Of a stretch of 64,000 bases of DNA, positions 28,055 to 37,515 are shown in pieces. The DNA is from Eubacteriales bacterium (GTDB lineage Bacteria > Bacillota > Clostridia > Oscillospirales > SIG627). The position numbers and the translations under genes were made by a program. A model generated the notes under the pieces. The model worked only from the letters and a program-made list of their open reading frames with translations. It was not told the DNA's origin and ran no database searches. Each line of letters opens with the position of its first letter. The first letter of the stretch is position 1. The stretch is taken from NCBI GenBank assembly GCA_045602025.1, contig JAZSAT010000023.1:21898-85897 (forward strand). Direction: 5' to 3'.

Positions 28055-28088
28055 AAAAAACAGAGAGAATTTTCTCTCTGTTTTTTTG
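28055..28088. terminator. Bidirectional terminator
   Basis: aaaaaacagagagaa-ttt-tctctctgttttttt. Confidence 0.7.
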
Positions 28089-28098
28089 TTGCTTTTTA

Positions 28099-28914
28099 TT
28101 ATGCCTTCAGAACTTCCAGAATTTCGCCTGCATCCTGAAGCACAAGGTGAGGCTTATCGGGGGAAGCGGCGAGGATGGCTTCGTCAGTTTCACCGCTCAT
28201 AACGAGAATGCCGTAAATACCTGCATTCAGACCGCTCTTAACATCGGTATAAATACGATCGCCCACAACAGCGGTGTTTTCTTTCTTTGCGCCCATTTTT
28301 CTTCTTGCAAGGTCCATCATGAGAGCACCGGGCTTTCCGATTACGATGGGAGTTTTACCGGTTGCGTTTTCGATCATTTTGCAAACACTTCCGCAATCGG
28401 GCACGCTGCCGTATTCAGTGGGACAAACAAGGTCGGGATTGGTAGCAAGGTAGGGAAGATCGGGATTTCCCAAAAGGAGCTTGCTGACATCCTCAAGCTT
28501 TTTGAAGGTAAGCTCTGTATCAAAGCCCATAACAACACATTCTACTTCAGAAAGCTTCTCCGTTACGACAAAACCTGCGCTGCGAAGCTGGGTTTTTAAA
28601 GATTCGGTTCCGCAAACATAAAGCTTTTTGCCCGGGTGATTCTCCAAAAGATAGTGCGCGGTAGCCTGGGATGAGGTGTAAAAATCTTCCACGGTGCTTT
28701 CAATGCCGAGACTTGCAAGCTTTTTTACATAATCCTCAGGGCTTTTAGAGGAGTTGTTTGTGGTGAAAAGATATTTCTTACCGCCCTCTCGAATGGTTTT
28801 TAAAAGCTCTTTTGTAAATGAGTACAGCTGATTCCCAAGATAAAGAGTTCCGTCCATATCAAAAAGAAATAGATCAATGTCCTTCAGCTGTTCTTTTTTC
28901 ATTTGTTTTTCCAT
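28099..28914 (-). CDS. HAD-IIA family sugar-phosphate phosphatase (NagD-like)
   Basis: The HAD motifs I-IV are FLFDMDGTLY, TNNSS, GKP and VGDRIYTDV. Confidence 0.8.
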   Translation of the reverse strand: MEKQMKKEQLKDIDLFLFDMDGTLYLGNQLYSFTKELLKTIREGGKKYLFTTNNSSKSPEDYVKKLASLGIESTVEDFYTSSQATAHYLLENHPGKKLYVCGTESLKTQLRSAGFVVTEKLSEVECVVMGFDTELTFKKLEDVSKLLLGNPDLPYLATNPDLVCPTEYGSVPDCGSVCKMIENATGKTPIVIGKPGALMMDLARRKMGAKKENTAVVGDRIYTDVKSGLNAGIYGILVMSGETDEAILAASPDKPHLVLQDAGEILEVLKA

Positions 28915-28920
28915 TTTCTT

Positions 28921-29619
28921 TTATGCCTCAAATGCAAAGGCAACTCCTTCCATTTCTAAAAATTGATTTACCTGAAGTCCTTTTCTGCGGTCCATCACCA
29001 CATCTACGCCAACATGACCGGCGCAGTTGCTGACAGGTGCGTAAACACGAAATACAGGTTCAAATTTGGATGCAGCTTTCACCTGATCCAAAAAGGTGTT
29101 GAGTTTTGACATATCGGAAATCTCAACATATACCACAAGGGTATTTTTCTTTTTCTTTTCAAATTTTGCAAAAAGAATGAGCGCGATCAGGAAGAAAGCA
29201 GTTCCGATCATAGCACCGCTGTAAAAGCCGTAACCGATGGCAATGCCCACGGTAGCCGTTGCCCATACACCTGCTGCGGTGGTCAGACCCATGATCATAT
29301 TATCATTTTTCAAAATAATCATTCCGGCACCGAGAAAGCCGACGCCGCTGATGACCTGCGCTGCAAGACGCATTACATCGCCGCTTCCGGTAATGTGGTT
29401 GATATAAATGCCGGTCATCGCCGTGATAGCGGAACCGAGGCACACGAGAACATGGGTTCTCATACCGGCAGCTCTTCCGTGGCGTGCTCTTTCAAGGCCG
29501 ATCAAAAGACCGATAATTACTGCCAAGAATGAGCGAAGGGTTACCACGAGGATGAATTTCAGATCGGGATTCAAATGTTCACCTAAATTTAACAGGGTAT
29601 CAAAAAAGAAATCGTGCAT
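28921..29619 (-). CDS. mgtC: MgtC/SapB family membrane protein
   Basis: GLLIGLERARHGRAAGMRTHVLVCLGSA is the MgtC signature, with a C-terminal ACT-like domain. The aaggag SD lies 7 nt before ATG 29619. Confidence 0.85.
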   Translation of the reverse strand: MHDFFFDTLLNLGEHLNPDLKFILVVTLRSFLAVIIGLLIGLERARHGRAAGMRTHVLVCLGSAITAMTGIYINHITGSGDVMRLAAQVISGVGFLGAGMIILKNDNMIMGLTTAAGVWATATVGIAIGYGFYSGAMIGTAFFLIALILFAKFEKKKKNTLVVYVEISDMSKLNTFLDQVKAASKFEPVFRVYAPVSNCAGHVGVDVVMDRRKGLQVNQFLEMEGVAFAFEA

Positions 29620-29676
29620 AGTTTTTCTCCTTACCATATGATCTTAAAGATATGCGAGAAAAAAGCGAAACATTCC

Positions 29677-29728
29677 TGCAAAAAATAAACATAAAGATGC
29701 AAGAGTCCGTACGCGTTCTCTTGCATCT
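29677..29728 (-). terminator. Intrinsic terminator downstream of rubrerythrin
   Basis: An 11-bp stem, agatgcaagag (29695-29705) with ctcttgcatct (29718-29728). On the minus strand it is followed by ttt atg ttt atttttt. Confidence 0.55.
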
Positions 29729-29786
29729 CTTAAGCGTATTGGTATTGTAACCGAAAATGTGAATTTTGTCAACTCTTGACAGAAAA

Positions 29787-30329
29787 TCAATAATTTTCTT
29801 CGCGAAGCTCGAAATAGCTCTGAGGATGTACACAGGTGGGGCAGACCTCGGGAGCTTCGGTGCCGATCACAATGTGACCGCAGTTACGGCATTCCCAAAC
29901 CTTAACCTCGCTCTTCTTGAATACTTCAACATTTTCTACATTCTGAAGAAGCTTTCTGTATCTTTCCTCGTGGCTCTTTTCAATGGCGGCAACCAAACGG
30001 AACTTTTTCGCGAGATCGGTAAAGCCTTCTTTTTCCGCGGTTACGGCAAAGCCTTCGTACATGTCGGTCCATTCGTAGTTTTCGCCTTCGGCAGCATCCT
30101 CAAGGTTTTCAGCGGTGTCACCGATACCGTTCAGCTCCTTGAACCACAGTTTTGCGTGTTCTTTTTCGTTTTCTGCGGTCTTCAAAAAGAGGGCAGCGAT
30201 CTGCTCATATCCTTCTTTTTTTGCTTTGGACGCAAAATATGTATATTTGTTTCTTGCCTGGCTTTCACCGGCAAAAGCAGCTTCCAGATTTTTTTCGGTC
30301 TGTGTGCCTGCGTATTTTGTTTCTTTCAT
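29787..30329 (-). CDS. rbr: Rubrerythrin
   Basis: The ferritin-like diiron domain reads [29 protein letters not shown]. The C-terminal rubredoxin domain reads [10 protein letters not shown]...CPTCVHP. The aaaggag SD precedes ATG 30329. Confidence 0.92.
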   Translation of the reverse strand: MKETKYAGTQTEKNLEAAFAGESQARNKYTYFASKAKKEGYEQIAALFLKTAENEKEHAKLWFKELNGIGDTAENLEDAAEGENYEWTDMYEGFAVTAEKEGFTDLAKKFRLVAAIEKSHEERYRKLLQNVENVEVFKKSEVKVWECRNCGHIVIGTEAPEVCPTCVHPQSYFELREENY

Positions 30330-30409
30330 TATTTTTCTCCTTTCAGAAATGATTGGTGTCATTTTACCATATATATAACAAAAAAACAATAGATTTTAAT
30401 TCTTTTTCT

Positions 30410-30446
30410 TACCGAAAAAGAAAAAACGGTACAAATTTGTACCGTT
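30410..30446 (-). terminator. Intrinsic terminator after the 56-aa ORF
   Basis: acggtac (30426-30432) pairs with gtaccgt (30439-30445). On the minus strand it is followed by tttttctttttc. Confidence 0.6.
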
Positions 30447-30616
30447 TACAGATCGTCTGCATCCTGAACCGGCCGATCCTTGAAATCCAAAGGACGGCCT
30501 GTGTACCAGCCTTCGGGATCGGTTCTGCTGGGAGGAAAGTGGATCATATCGCTTGGGCCTGTTTCAAATACAGGTCTCGGTTTTCTGTCTTTGGGATTGA
30601 TTTTGATTTTTTTCAT
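30446..30616 (-). CDS. Hypothetical 56-aa soluble protein
   Basis: MKKIKINPKDRKPRPVFETGPSDMIHFPPSRTDPEGWYTGRPLDFKDRPVQDADDL. It has an aaggag SD 6 nt upstream and its own terminator. I do not recognise a family. Confidence 0.45.
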   Translation of the reverse strand: MKKIKINPKDRKPRPVFETGPSDMIHFPPSRTDPEGWYTGRPLDFKDRPVQDADDL

Positions 30617-30734
30617 AGAAAACTCCTTTTTTCTTTTAGTTTGCTTTTTCCACCGAAAATTATGCTTTTCCATTGAATTTTAAAAGGTAATATGATAAAA
30701 TAACTTTGTATATAATCACAGAGAGGTAGAAGCG

Positions 30735-31676
30735 ATGTCAAACGAAAAGTATTTTATCAAGCTTGGAGAAATCATTGAAAAATTAAATCTTACGGAGCTT
30801 TATTTGCCGCCGGAGCATAAGGATGTGAAGATCTATGACAGGAAGGTCAGCCGTCCAAGCCTTTTTTTGGCGGGCTACAAGGAGTACTTTTATCCCGATC
30901 GCATTCAGATCCTCGGTAGAACCGAGTATGATTATCTGGAGACCCTTTCTGATGAAAAAAGAGATCAGGCAATTTACTCCCTGATGGAGAGAAAGCCTTG
31001 CTGTGTTATTTTTTGTCACGGCAGAGAAGTGCGCTCTTCTACCAGGGCGTATGCCGAAAAATTTGGTGTACCCCTTCTTTCCACACCGAAGGATACCTCA
31101 TATTTTATGTCGGCGCTCATCTCCATTCTCAACGTTGCTTTGGCCGACCGCATTACCAGACACGGCGTTTTGGTAGAGGTTTTCGGCGAAGGCGTTCTTC
31201 TTCTCGGCGACAGCGGTGTCGGAAAAAGTGAAACTGCCATTGACCTTGTGAAAAGAGGTCATCGACTGATCGCCGACGATGCGGTGGAAATCAAGCGTGT
31301 TTCCGACAGGACCCTTGTAGGCTCCGCACCCGAGATGATCCGTCACTATGTGGAACTGCGCGGCATCGGCGTGGTGGATGTCAGACGCCTTTTCGGTATG
31401 GGTGCAGTTAAAGATACGGAAAAGATCGAACTGATCATCAATTTGGAACAGTGGGAACAGGGCAAGTTTTATGAAAGACTCGGCATGGATATGGAGTATA
31501 CGGAGCTGATGGGGATTAAAATTCCTTCCGTTACCATTCCCGTGAGACCCGGTAGAAACCTTGCACTCATTATTGAAATTGCAACCATGAATAACCGCCA
31601 GAGAATGATGGGCTTTAACAGTGCACAGGAATTGAACGAAAAGCTTATGAAACAGTTCGAAGGAGAACAGGAATAA
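30735..31676 (+). CDS. hprK: HPr kinase/phosphorylase
   Basis: HGVLVEVFGEGVLLLGDSGVGKSETAIDLVKRGHRLIADD contains the HprK P-loop and signature. The protein is 313 aa. Confidence 0.93.
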   Translation: MSNEKYFIKLGEIIEKLNLTELYLPPEHKDVKIYDRKVSRPSLFLAGYKEYFYPDRIQILGRTEYDYLETLSDEKRDQAIYSLMERKPCCVIFCHGREVRSSTRAYAEKFGVPLLSTPKDTSYFMSALISILNVALADRITRHGVLVEVFGEGVLLLGDSGVGKSETAIDLVKRGHRLIADDAVEIKRVSDRTLVGSAPEMIRHYVELRGIGVVDVRRLFGMGAVKDTEKIELIINLEQWEQGKFYERLGMDMEYTELMGIKIPSVTIPVRPGRNLALIIEIATMNNRQRMMGFNSAQELNEKLMKQFEGEQE

Positions 31677-32630
31677 ATGTATTATATTGGTATTGATCTT
31701 GGCGGAACCAATATGGTTTGCGGTCTTGTGGATGTAAACGGCAAGATCTTATTAAAAAAGAAGTGCAAAACAAAGGCATCAAGACCTGCAGATGAAATCG
31801 TTCGGGATATGGCTTCTCTGTGCAACAGCGTGGTTGAAGAGTTTGGCTGCGGAAAGGATAAAATTGCTTTTTGCGGTGTGGGAACACCCGGTATCGCCAA
31901 TTCGGAAAGCGGTATTGTGGAGTATTCCTGTAATATCCCTTCCTTCCTGAATTTTGATTTGGTATCTGCCCTTCAAAAATATACAGGTTTTTCCCGCATT
32001 GGTATTGAAAACGATGCCAACTGTGCCGCAAAAGGGGAAGCGGAAGCGGGAGCTGCCAAAAACAGCAAGAATTCCATATTTGTTACTCTTGGTACCGGCG
32101 TTGGCGGTGGCATTATTCTTGACGGCAAGGTTTATCACGGTATCAATTTTGCAGGGGGCGAGCTTGGACATGTAGTGATTGAAGCGGGAGGTTATCCTTG
32201 CTCCTGCGGAAGATACGGATGCTGGGAAGCATACAGCTCAGCAACAGCTCTTTGCCGTATGACAAGAGAAGAAATGATCAAAAACAAAAAGAGCCTGACG
32301 TGGGAACTTTGCGAAAACGATCCGAAAAATGTAAGTGGAAGAACCGCTTTTGATGCATACAAAAAAGGGGATGAGGGCGCAAAGAGAGTCCTCGACAGAT
32401 TCTTCTATTATCTTGCCCTTGGAATTGCAAATATGGTCAATATTTTTCAGCCGGAGATCCTTTCCATCGGCGGCGGCATTTCCGCAGAAGGGGAAACCCT
32501 TCTTGCCCCTGTGAGAGAATTGGTGGAAAAACAGCAGTATTCCCACAACTGCAAGAAGAAAACGGTTTTGAAGGCAGCAGAGCTCGGCAATGATGCAGGC
32601 ATCATCGGCGCAGCACTGCTTTGGAGGTAA
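31677..32630 (+). CDS. glcK: ROK-family glucokinase
   Basis: IGIDLGGTN, ENDANCAAKGE and GGELGHVVIEAGGYPCSCGRYGCWEAY are the ROK signature and zinc motif. Confidence 0.85.
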   Translation: MYYIGIDLGGTNMVCGLVDVNGKILLKKKCKTKASRPADEIVRDMASLCNSVVEEFGCGKDKIAFCGVGTPGIANSESGIVEYSCNIPSFLNFDLVSALQKYTGFSRIGIENDANCAAKGEAEAGAAKNSKNSIFVTLGTGVGGGIILDGKVYHGINFAGGELGHVVIEAGGYPCSCGRYGCWEAYSSATALCRMTREEMIKNKKSLTWELCENDPKNVSGRTAFDAYKKGDEGAKRVLDRFFYYLALGIANMVNIFQPEILSIGGGISAEGETLLAPVRELVEKQQYSHNCKKKTVLKAAELGNDAGIIGAALLWR

Positions 32631-33559
32631 TTTTGTCCATAGTACAGCAGATCAAAAGTCTCCTTTTTTCGTTGGAGGAAAAGGGTGCTTTTTCGAAAGA
32701 TGAATATGAATTTTGCGAGAATTTCCCCTTGGCAAAGCTCACGACCTTTTGTACCGGCGGTCCCGCAGCTGTTTTGTTTCCCGAAAAGAAAGAGGTTTTA
32801 TGTCACCTTTTTCCCCGTTTGATCGCGGAGAATATCCCGTATTTTATTCTTGGTAACGGCTCCAATGTGATCGCACTTGACGAGGGCTATCAGGGGCTTA
32901 TTATATCCACCCTTCGATTAAAAAATATGTCTGTTTCAAAAAATATCATTGAAGCAGATTGCGGTGCTTCACTGACCGGGGTTGCTTCTCTTGCACAGAA
33001 AAACGGTCTTTCGGGTATGGAGAATCTTTTTGGTATTCCCGGTTCGGTAGGCGGTGCGGTGTTTATGAATGCCGGTGCGTACGGCGGTGAGTGCAAGGAT
33101 GTGGTCTCGTCCGTTACGGTCTTAACGCCAGAAGGTGAGATCAAGACTGTTCTTGGGGAAGATGCCGGGTTTGGATACCGTACCAGCCGCTTTGAAAAAA
33201 GCGGAGAGGTGATCCTTTCCGCCCGCTTTTCTCTTGCCCACGGTGACAAGGATGAGATCAAGGAAAAAATGGACGATTTTATGGGCCGAAGACTGGAAAA
33301 GCAGCCCTTGGATTTTCCCAGTGCAGGCAGCACCTTTAAACGCTATGAGGGAAGATTTACGGCGCAGATGATCGATGAAGCAGGCCTGAAGGGTGCCCGT
33401 GTGGGCGGTGCTATGGTCAGCGAAAAGCACGCAGGCTTTGTGATCAATTATGATTCGGCGAAAAGTGCGGATATTTTAAATTTGATCGATCATGTGAAAA
33501 AAGTAGTTTTTGAAAAAGAAGGCCTTCATATTCAGTGTGAGGTCCGTATCATTGAGTAA
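32621..33559 (+). CDS. murB: UDP-N-acetylenolpyruvoylglucosamine reductase
   Basis: LGNGSNV, GIPGSVGGAVFMNAGAYG, PSAGSTFK and GGAMVSEKHAGF are present. The start is TTG 32621, or TTG 32633, which has better SD spacing. Confidence 0.92.
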   Translation: MEVILSIVQQIKSLLFSLEEKGAFSKDEYEFCENFPLAKLTTFCTGGPAAVLFPEKKEVLCHLFPRLIAENIPYFILGNGSNVIALDEGYQGLIISTLRLKNMSVSKNIIEADCGASLTGVASLAQKNGLSGMENLFGIPGSVGGAVFMNAGAYGGECKDVVSSVTVLTPEGEIKTVLGEDAGFGYRTSRFEKSGEVILSARFSLAHGDKDEIKEKMDDFMGRRLEKQPLDFPSAGSTFKRYEGRFTAQMIDEAGLKGARVGGAMVSEKHAGFVINYDSAKSADILNLIDHVKKVVFEKEGLHIQCEVRIIE

Positions 33560-33571
33560 TCGGAGTGAAAA

Positions 33572-34495
33572 ATGGAAAGCTTTTCTTCATCTGTGAAGGA
33601 ATTTCTTTGTAAAAAGAGCTTTGAGGAACTTGGCTTTGGCGAAAAAGAAAAAGTAAAGTGGAAGGAGTGCTGCGGCATTTCCTTTCTTCGCAGTGTTTTC
33701 CTTTTTCTTGCGCAAAAAGAAGACGGAAGGATCATTTTGTCTTCGGACCGAGAAAGCTTTCTTGAGATCTGTGCTTATCTTCTGATAAGGCACTTTGATA
33801 CGGAAGCAACGGTCATGAAAAGGGAGCGGGGGAATCGCAAGGGGGCGATCTTATCCTTGCCCGAAGATGTGAAGGAAAAGGTTCTTTCTGCATCCCTTGA
33901 TTTTCTGAACGACGCATGTGACCGTTGTCGGGTTTTATATGTTCGCGCCGCATTCCTTTCCTGCGGAACCATACTCGACCCGGAAAAGGGATATCACGCG
34001 GCTTTCCGTACACCTTGTGAGAAAGCAGCTGAGGAGCTTTCCTTTGTTTTGGATTCTTTTGGTATCGAAGCAAAAAGGGGAAGGGAAAAAAAGACCCATT
34101 TGGTATACCTGAAGGAAAGCGAAAAGATCGAAGATCTTCTTTCCGTTTTGGGCGCACAGAGGTTTTCCCTTGATCTGATGGATATGAGGGTAGAAAAAAG
34201 CATTCGTGCCAATACCAACCGCAGACAAAATTTTGATAATGCCAATATGGCCCGTTCCATCAACGGTGCCCAAAGTGTTATTTCTGCGATTCGTTTTTTG
34301 GAAGAGGAAGAGGTTCTCGAGACTCTTTCCGAGCCTCTGCAAAAAGCGGCAAAATTAAGGCTTTCTCAGCCGGAGATCAGCCTTGCGGAGCTATGCCGCT
34401 ATTCCGAAGAGGAGATCACAAAATCGGGACTCAATCACAGATTGCAAAAGCTTATACTGATCGCTAACAAATTGAGAGAAGAAAAGGAAAATTGA
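33572..34495 (+). CDS. whiA: DNA-binding protein WhiA (sporulation/cell-division regulator)
   Basis: It has a degenerate LAGLIDADG-type core. The C-terminal HTH is LSQPEISLAELCRYSEEEITKSGLNHRLQKL. The RANTNRRQNFDNAN segment is also present. Confidence 0.88.
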   Translation: MESFSSSVKEFLCKKSFEELGFGEKEKVKWKECCGISFLRSVFLFLAQKEDGRIILSSDRESFLEICAYLLIRHFDTEATVMKRERGNRKGAILSLPEDVKEKVLSASLDFLNDACDRCRVLYVRAAFLSCGTILDPEKGYHAAFRTPCEKAAEELSFVLDSFGIEAKRGREKKTHLVYLKESEKIEDLLSVLGAQRFSLDLMDMRVEKSIRANTNRRQNFDNANMARSINGAQSVISAIRFLEEEEVLETLSEPLQKAAKLRLSQPEISLAELCRYSEEEITKSGLNHRLQKLILIANKLREEKEN

Positions 34496-34496
34496 T

Positions 34497-35078
34497 ATGA
34501 AATCCAACGGAGATTTTTACGCACTTTTGTTTCAGATGAAAAACATTACCCGCTGGGGACTTATGTATAATACGAGACCCGAGAATTTAAGTGAGCATTC
34601 TATGGAATGTGCCATTATCGCGCACGCCTTGGCACTGATCGGTAACCGTCATTTCGATAAAAATTTCGATGCTACCAAGATCCTTTCTGCTGCGCTTTTT
34701 CACGATATGAACGAGGTCTTAACGGGAGATCTTCCTACGCCCATAAAATATTACAACGATAATATCAAGAACTCCTATAAGGAGATCGAAAAGATCAGCA
34801 CAGAAAAAATGCTGTCTCTTCTGGATGAAGAAACAGCAAGCGTTTATGCGGATCTTTTGTCTCTTTCTTTCGATGAAAAGAGAGTGATCAAGGGTGCAGA
34901 TAAGCTTTGCGCTTATATTAAATGCCTAAAAGAAACCGAAAGGGGAAACAGAGAATTTTCCTCCGCTCTTTCTTACAATAAGAAAGCCTTAGCAGATCTT
35001 AAAATGCCCGAGGTGAACTATTTTCTGGAAAATTATATCGATTCTTTTACCAAAAATATCGACGAAGTTTCTTTGTAA
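34497..35078 (+). CDS. HD-domain 5'-deoxynucleotidase (YfbR-like)
   Basis: ENLSEHSMECAIIAHAL...ALFHDMNEVLTGDLPTP is the HD motif pattern of the YfbR family. Confidence 0.78.
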   Translation: MKSNGDFYALLFQMKNITRWGLMYNTRPENLSEHSMECAIIAHALALIGNRHFDKNFDATKILSAALFHDMNEVLTGDLPTPIKYYNDNIKNSYKEIEKISTEKMLSLLDEETASVYADLLSLSFDEKRVIKGADKLCAYIKCLKETERGNREFSSALSYNKKALADLKMPEVNYFLENYIDSFTKNIDEVSL

Positions 35079-35084
35079 ATCATA

Positions 35085-35112
35085 AAAGGATTTTGCCTTG
35101 GCAAAATCCTTT
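35085..35112. terminator. Bidirectional terminator between convergent genes
   Basis: aaaggattttgc-cttg-gcaaaatccttt is a 12-bp perfect stem. Confidence 0.65.
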
Positions 35113-36149
35113 TATCTGCATACGAAATAAAAATGTGTGTCCCAAGCGGGAATGTAGGGAGTATGTCTGAGATATACCCTGTATTCCGGCAAGATCTTTT
35201 TCACCTGTAAGGGAATGGCAAAGAGATCCTCCGTTCTGTGATAGGCACTGATACAAAGAGAGGGGCGATGGCTTCGAATCAGATTTTCCGCGCCTTCAAT
35301 CGCCTCCCTTTCCGCGCCCTCTACATCAAATTTGATAAAATCGGCGCACTGACAAAGAAGATCGGTTCGTCTGGCCTCCACACGGAGCTTCCCTTCCTCG
35401 GAAAGAGCCGCGCTTCTTCCGCTTTTTCCGTTAAATAAAAGGGTTTCGTTTTGATTCCAGGCGGCAAAGGGGAGAGGCTTGATATCGGGGATCTCCTTTG
35501 TGTTTTCAAGAAGCTTTTGGAAGGTTTTGGGATTTGGTTCCATAGCAAAAATTTTTCCGTGTTCGGGAAACAGATGGTGCCATTCCAGAACCGTATCCCC
35601 GTCGTATGCTCCCAAATCTACATATACATCGCCTTTTTGAAAAGGAATCAGATTGAGAAGGTCCTTCACGCGATCGCTTTCGTTTTCCAAAAGGGGAGCG
35701 ATTCTTCCTGTTAATTTGTATTCAATGAGGTTCTGAAAAACCTTTTTCGACATTTCATCGGAAAGCATCTCTTCCACTGCCTGAATGGAGGAAAGGTTCT
35801 CTTCATAAAAAGCAGTGTCGAAAAGCCCTCCTCCGAACAGAGGTACCTCCGGTGCGTAAAGCTCAACCTCTTTGGAAAGGGATATGATCTTTTCCATCAG
35901 GTCATCGCGAAAAACACCGAAGGCGAGAAGAACGATCATACCGGGAAATTTTTCTTTTGCCCGGGATAAGGATATGATCTTGAAGCCGTGAACGGTTTTA
36001 TCGCGCACATATTCATCGCTGGCAAAGATTCCGGAAATGGGAATCCTCTTTTCATGGCAGACAGATATGATCTTGTCGCACCCGTCTCCCATTCCGTAAA
36101 TCAGAATTGGCTTTTTTGTATTTCGTAAATAAGTCCAGATATCTTGCAT
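35112..36149 (-). CDS. FkbM-family methyltransferase
   Basis: VYVDLGAYDGDTVLEW...IFAMEPNPKTF...IKFDVEGAEREAIEGA is the FkbM (TIGR01444) pattern. Confidence 0.8.
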   Translation of the reverse strand: MQDIWTYLRNTKKPILIYGMGDGCDKIISVCHEKRIPISGIFASDEYVRDKTVHGFKIISLSRAKEKFPGMIVLLAFGVFRDDLMEKIISLSKEVELYAPEVPLFGGGLFDTAFYEENLSSIQAVEEMLSDEMSKKVFQNLIEYKLTGRIAPLLENESDRVKDLLNLIPFQKGDVYVDLGAYDGDTVLEWHHLFPEHGKIFAMEPNPKTFQKLLENTKEIPDIKPLPFAAWNQNETLLFNGKSGRSAALSEEGKLRVEARRTDLLCQCADFIKFDVEGAEREAIEGAENLIRSHRPSLCISAYHRTEDLFAIPLQVKKILPEYRVYLRHTPYIPAWDTHFYFVCR

Positions 36150-36212
36150 TTTTCACCTCGATCATCTTTCAACCACTATACCATAAACAAAGAAAAAAGT
36201 AAAGGAGCAGCT

Positions 36213-37409
36213 ATGGAAAAAGCCGTCGGAATCATCTGCGAATTCAATCCCTTCCATTTCGGTCACAAGCATCTTCTGGCCGAAGTGAAAAAAGCCTTTC
36301 CCGCAAAGGGGATCGTTTGCGTGATGAGCGGAAATTTTGTGCAAAGAGGCTCCTTTGCCATTATGGAAAAGTACAAAAGAGCAGAGGCGGCACTTTCATT
36401 GGGTGCGGATCTTGTTTTGGAATTGCCCTTTCCGTTTTCCGCCCTTTCTGCGGAAAGCTTTGCGAAATCTGCCGTTTCCATTCTCTCTCGTATCGGCATT
36501 TGCGATACTATTGCGTTCGGCTCTGAAATTGAGAATGAAAAAGAGCTTCATATTTGCGCTGGAAATCTTCTTTCTCAAAAATTCCAAGCTGCATTTTCCG
36601 CTGCACTGAAGGAAAACAAAGGAGTGGGCTTTCCTCTTTTGCGGGAAAGGGTCTATACCGAGCTTTTCGGCAAAACCGACATTCTTTCTTCTCCCAATGC
36701 TTCTCTTGGTGTAGAGTATCTTTTAGCTACCCGTTCTTTCAAGGCAGATCTTTCTCCCTTTGTTGTAGAAAGAAAAGGGGAGACCATTACCTCACAAAAG
36801 ACCGAAGGAGAGTTTCTCTCTGCCACCGCTTTGAGAAAAATGGTGGAAAACAGCGAAAGCCTGAAGGCGTATGTTCCCGATGAAGTTTTGTTACTGATCG
36901 AAAAAGAAACTGCCGCCGGCCGTTTTCCTGTCTTTACGAAAACCTTATCGCCCATTCTTTTCTATTTGCTGAAAACAAAAGACAGAAAAGAGCTTTCCTC
37001 TTACTATGGTTTTTCTGCGCTTTGTGACCGAGCAAAGCATTTTGCAGGCGAAAGCCGTGATCTTGAGGATCTGGTAGAAAAAATGAAAAATGCCACCTTT
37101 ACCGATTCCAGAATCCGAAGAGGCCTTCTTGCTCTTTTATGCAACATACCTCGCTTTGCGGAAAAGGAAATGCCTTCTTTCTCCATGGTTCTCGGTGCCA
37201 ATGAAAAGGGGAGAGAAATGCTTTCCGAAATGAAAAAGGCATCTTGTATCCCTGTTTTCACAAAGCCTGCTCACGCACTCCAAAGTAAAGACCCTGTTGT
37301 AAAAAAGCAGTTTTCAAGAGAAGCCATGGCTGATGAGATCTATGCAATGGCCTTTCCCGTAAATCAGGGAGAAGCCTATTTCTTGAAAAAGAGCCCTGTT
37401 ATATTTTAG
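36213..37409 (+). CDS. tmcAL: tRNA(Met) cytidine acetate ligase (TmcAL, UPF0348/DUF795 nucleotidyltransferase)
   Basis: GIICEFNPFHFGHKHLL...VMSGNFVQRGSFAIMEKYKRAEAAL is the family signature. The aaaggag SD precedes ATG 36213. Confidence 0.8.
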   Translation: MEKAVGIICEFNPFHFGHKHLLAEVKKAFPAKGIVCVMSGNFVQRGSFAIMEKYKRAEAALSLGADLVLELPFPFSALSAESFAKSAVSILSRIGICDTIAFGSEIENEKELHICAGNLLSQKFQAAFSAALKENKGVGFPLLRERVYTELFGKTDILSSPNASLGVEYLLATRSFKADLSPFVVERKGETITSQKTEGEFLSATALRKMVENSESLKAYVPDEVLLLIEKETAAGRFPVFTKTLSPILFYLLKTKDRKELSSYYGFSALCDRAKHFAGESRDLEDLVEKMKNATFTDSRIRRGLLALLCNIPRFAEKEMPSFSMVLGANEKGREMLSEMKKASCIPVFTKPAHALQSKDPVVKKQFSREAMADEIYAMAFPVNQGEAYFLKKSPVIF

Positions 37410-37442
37410 TCTTTTTTAAAAAAATTGGCTCGTTGTCGATTC

Positions 37443-37471
37443 TTGACTTGATAGGGCACTTATGATAAAAT
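37443..37471 (+). promoter_or_regulatory. Sigma-A type promoter for the hydrolase/cohesin gene pair
   Basis: TTGACT (37443-37448), a 17-nt spacer and TAAAAT (37466-37471). Confidence 0.5.
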
Positions 37472-37515
37472 ATTCTTGTTTTGTGACGACGATTTTTAGA
37501 AAGGAAGAAGTGAAA

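Noticed and set aside
29638-29786. A possible Mg2+ (M-box) riboswitch upstream of mgtC.
   Set aside because: Only ~150 nt are available, and a third of that is the rubrerythrin terminator. No M-box-like conserved helices were seen. This should still be confirmed with Infernal.
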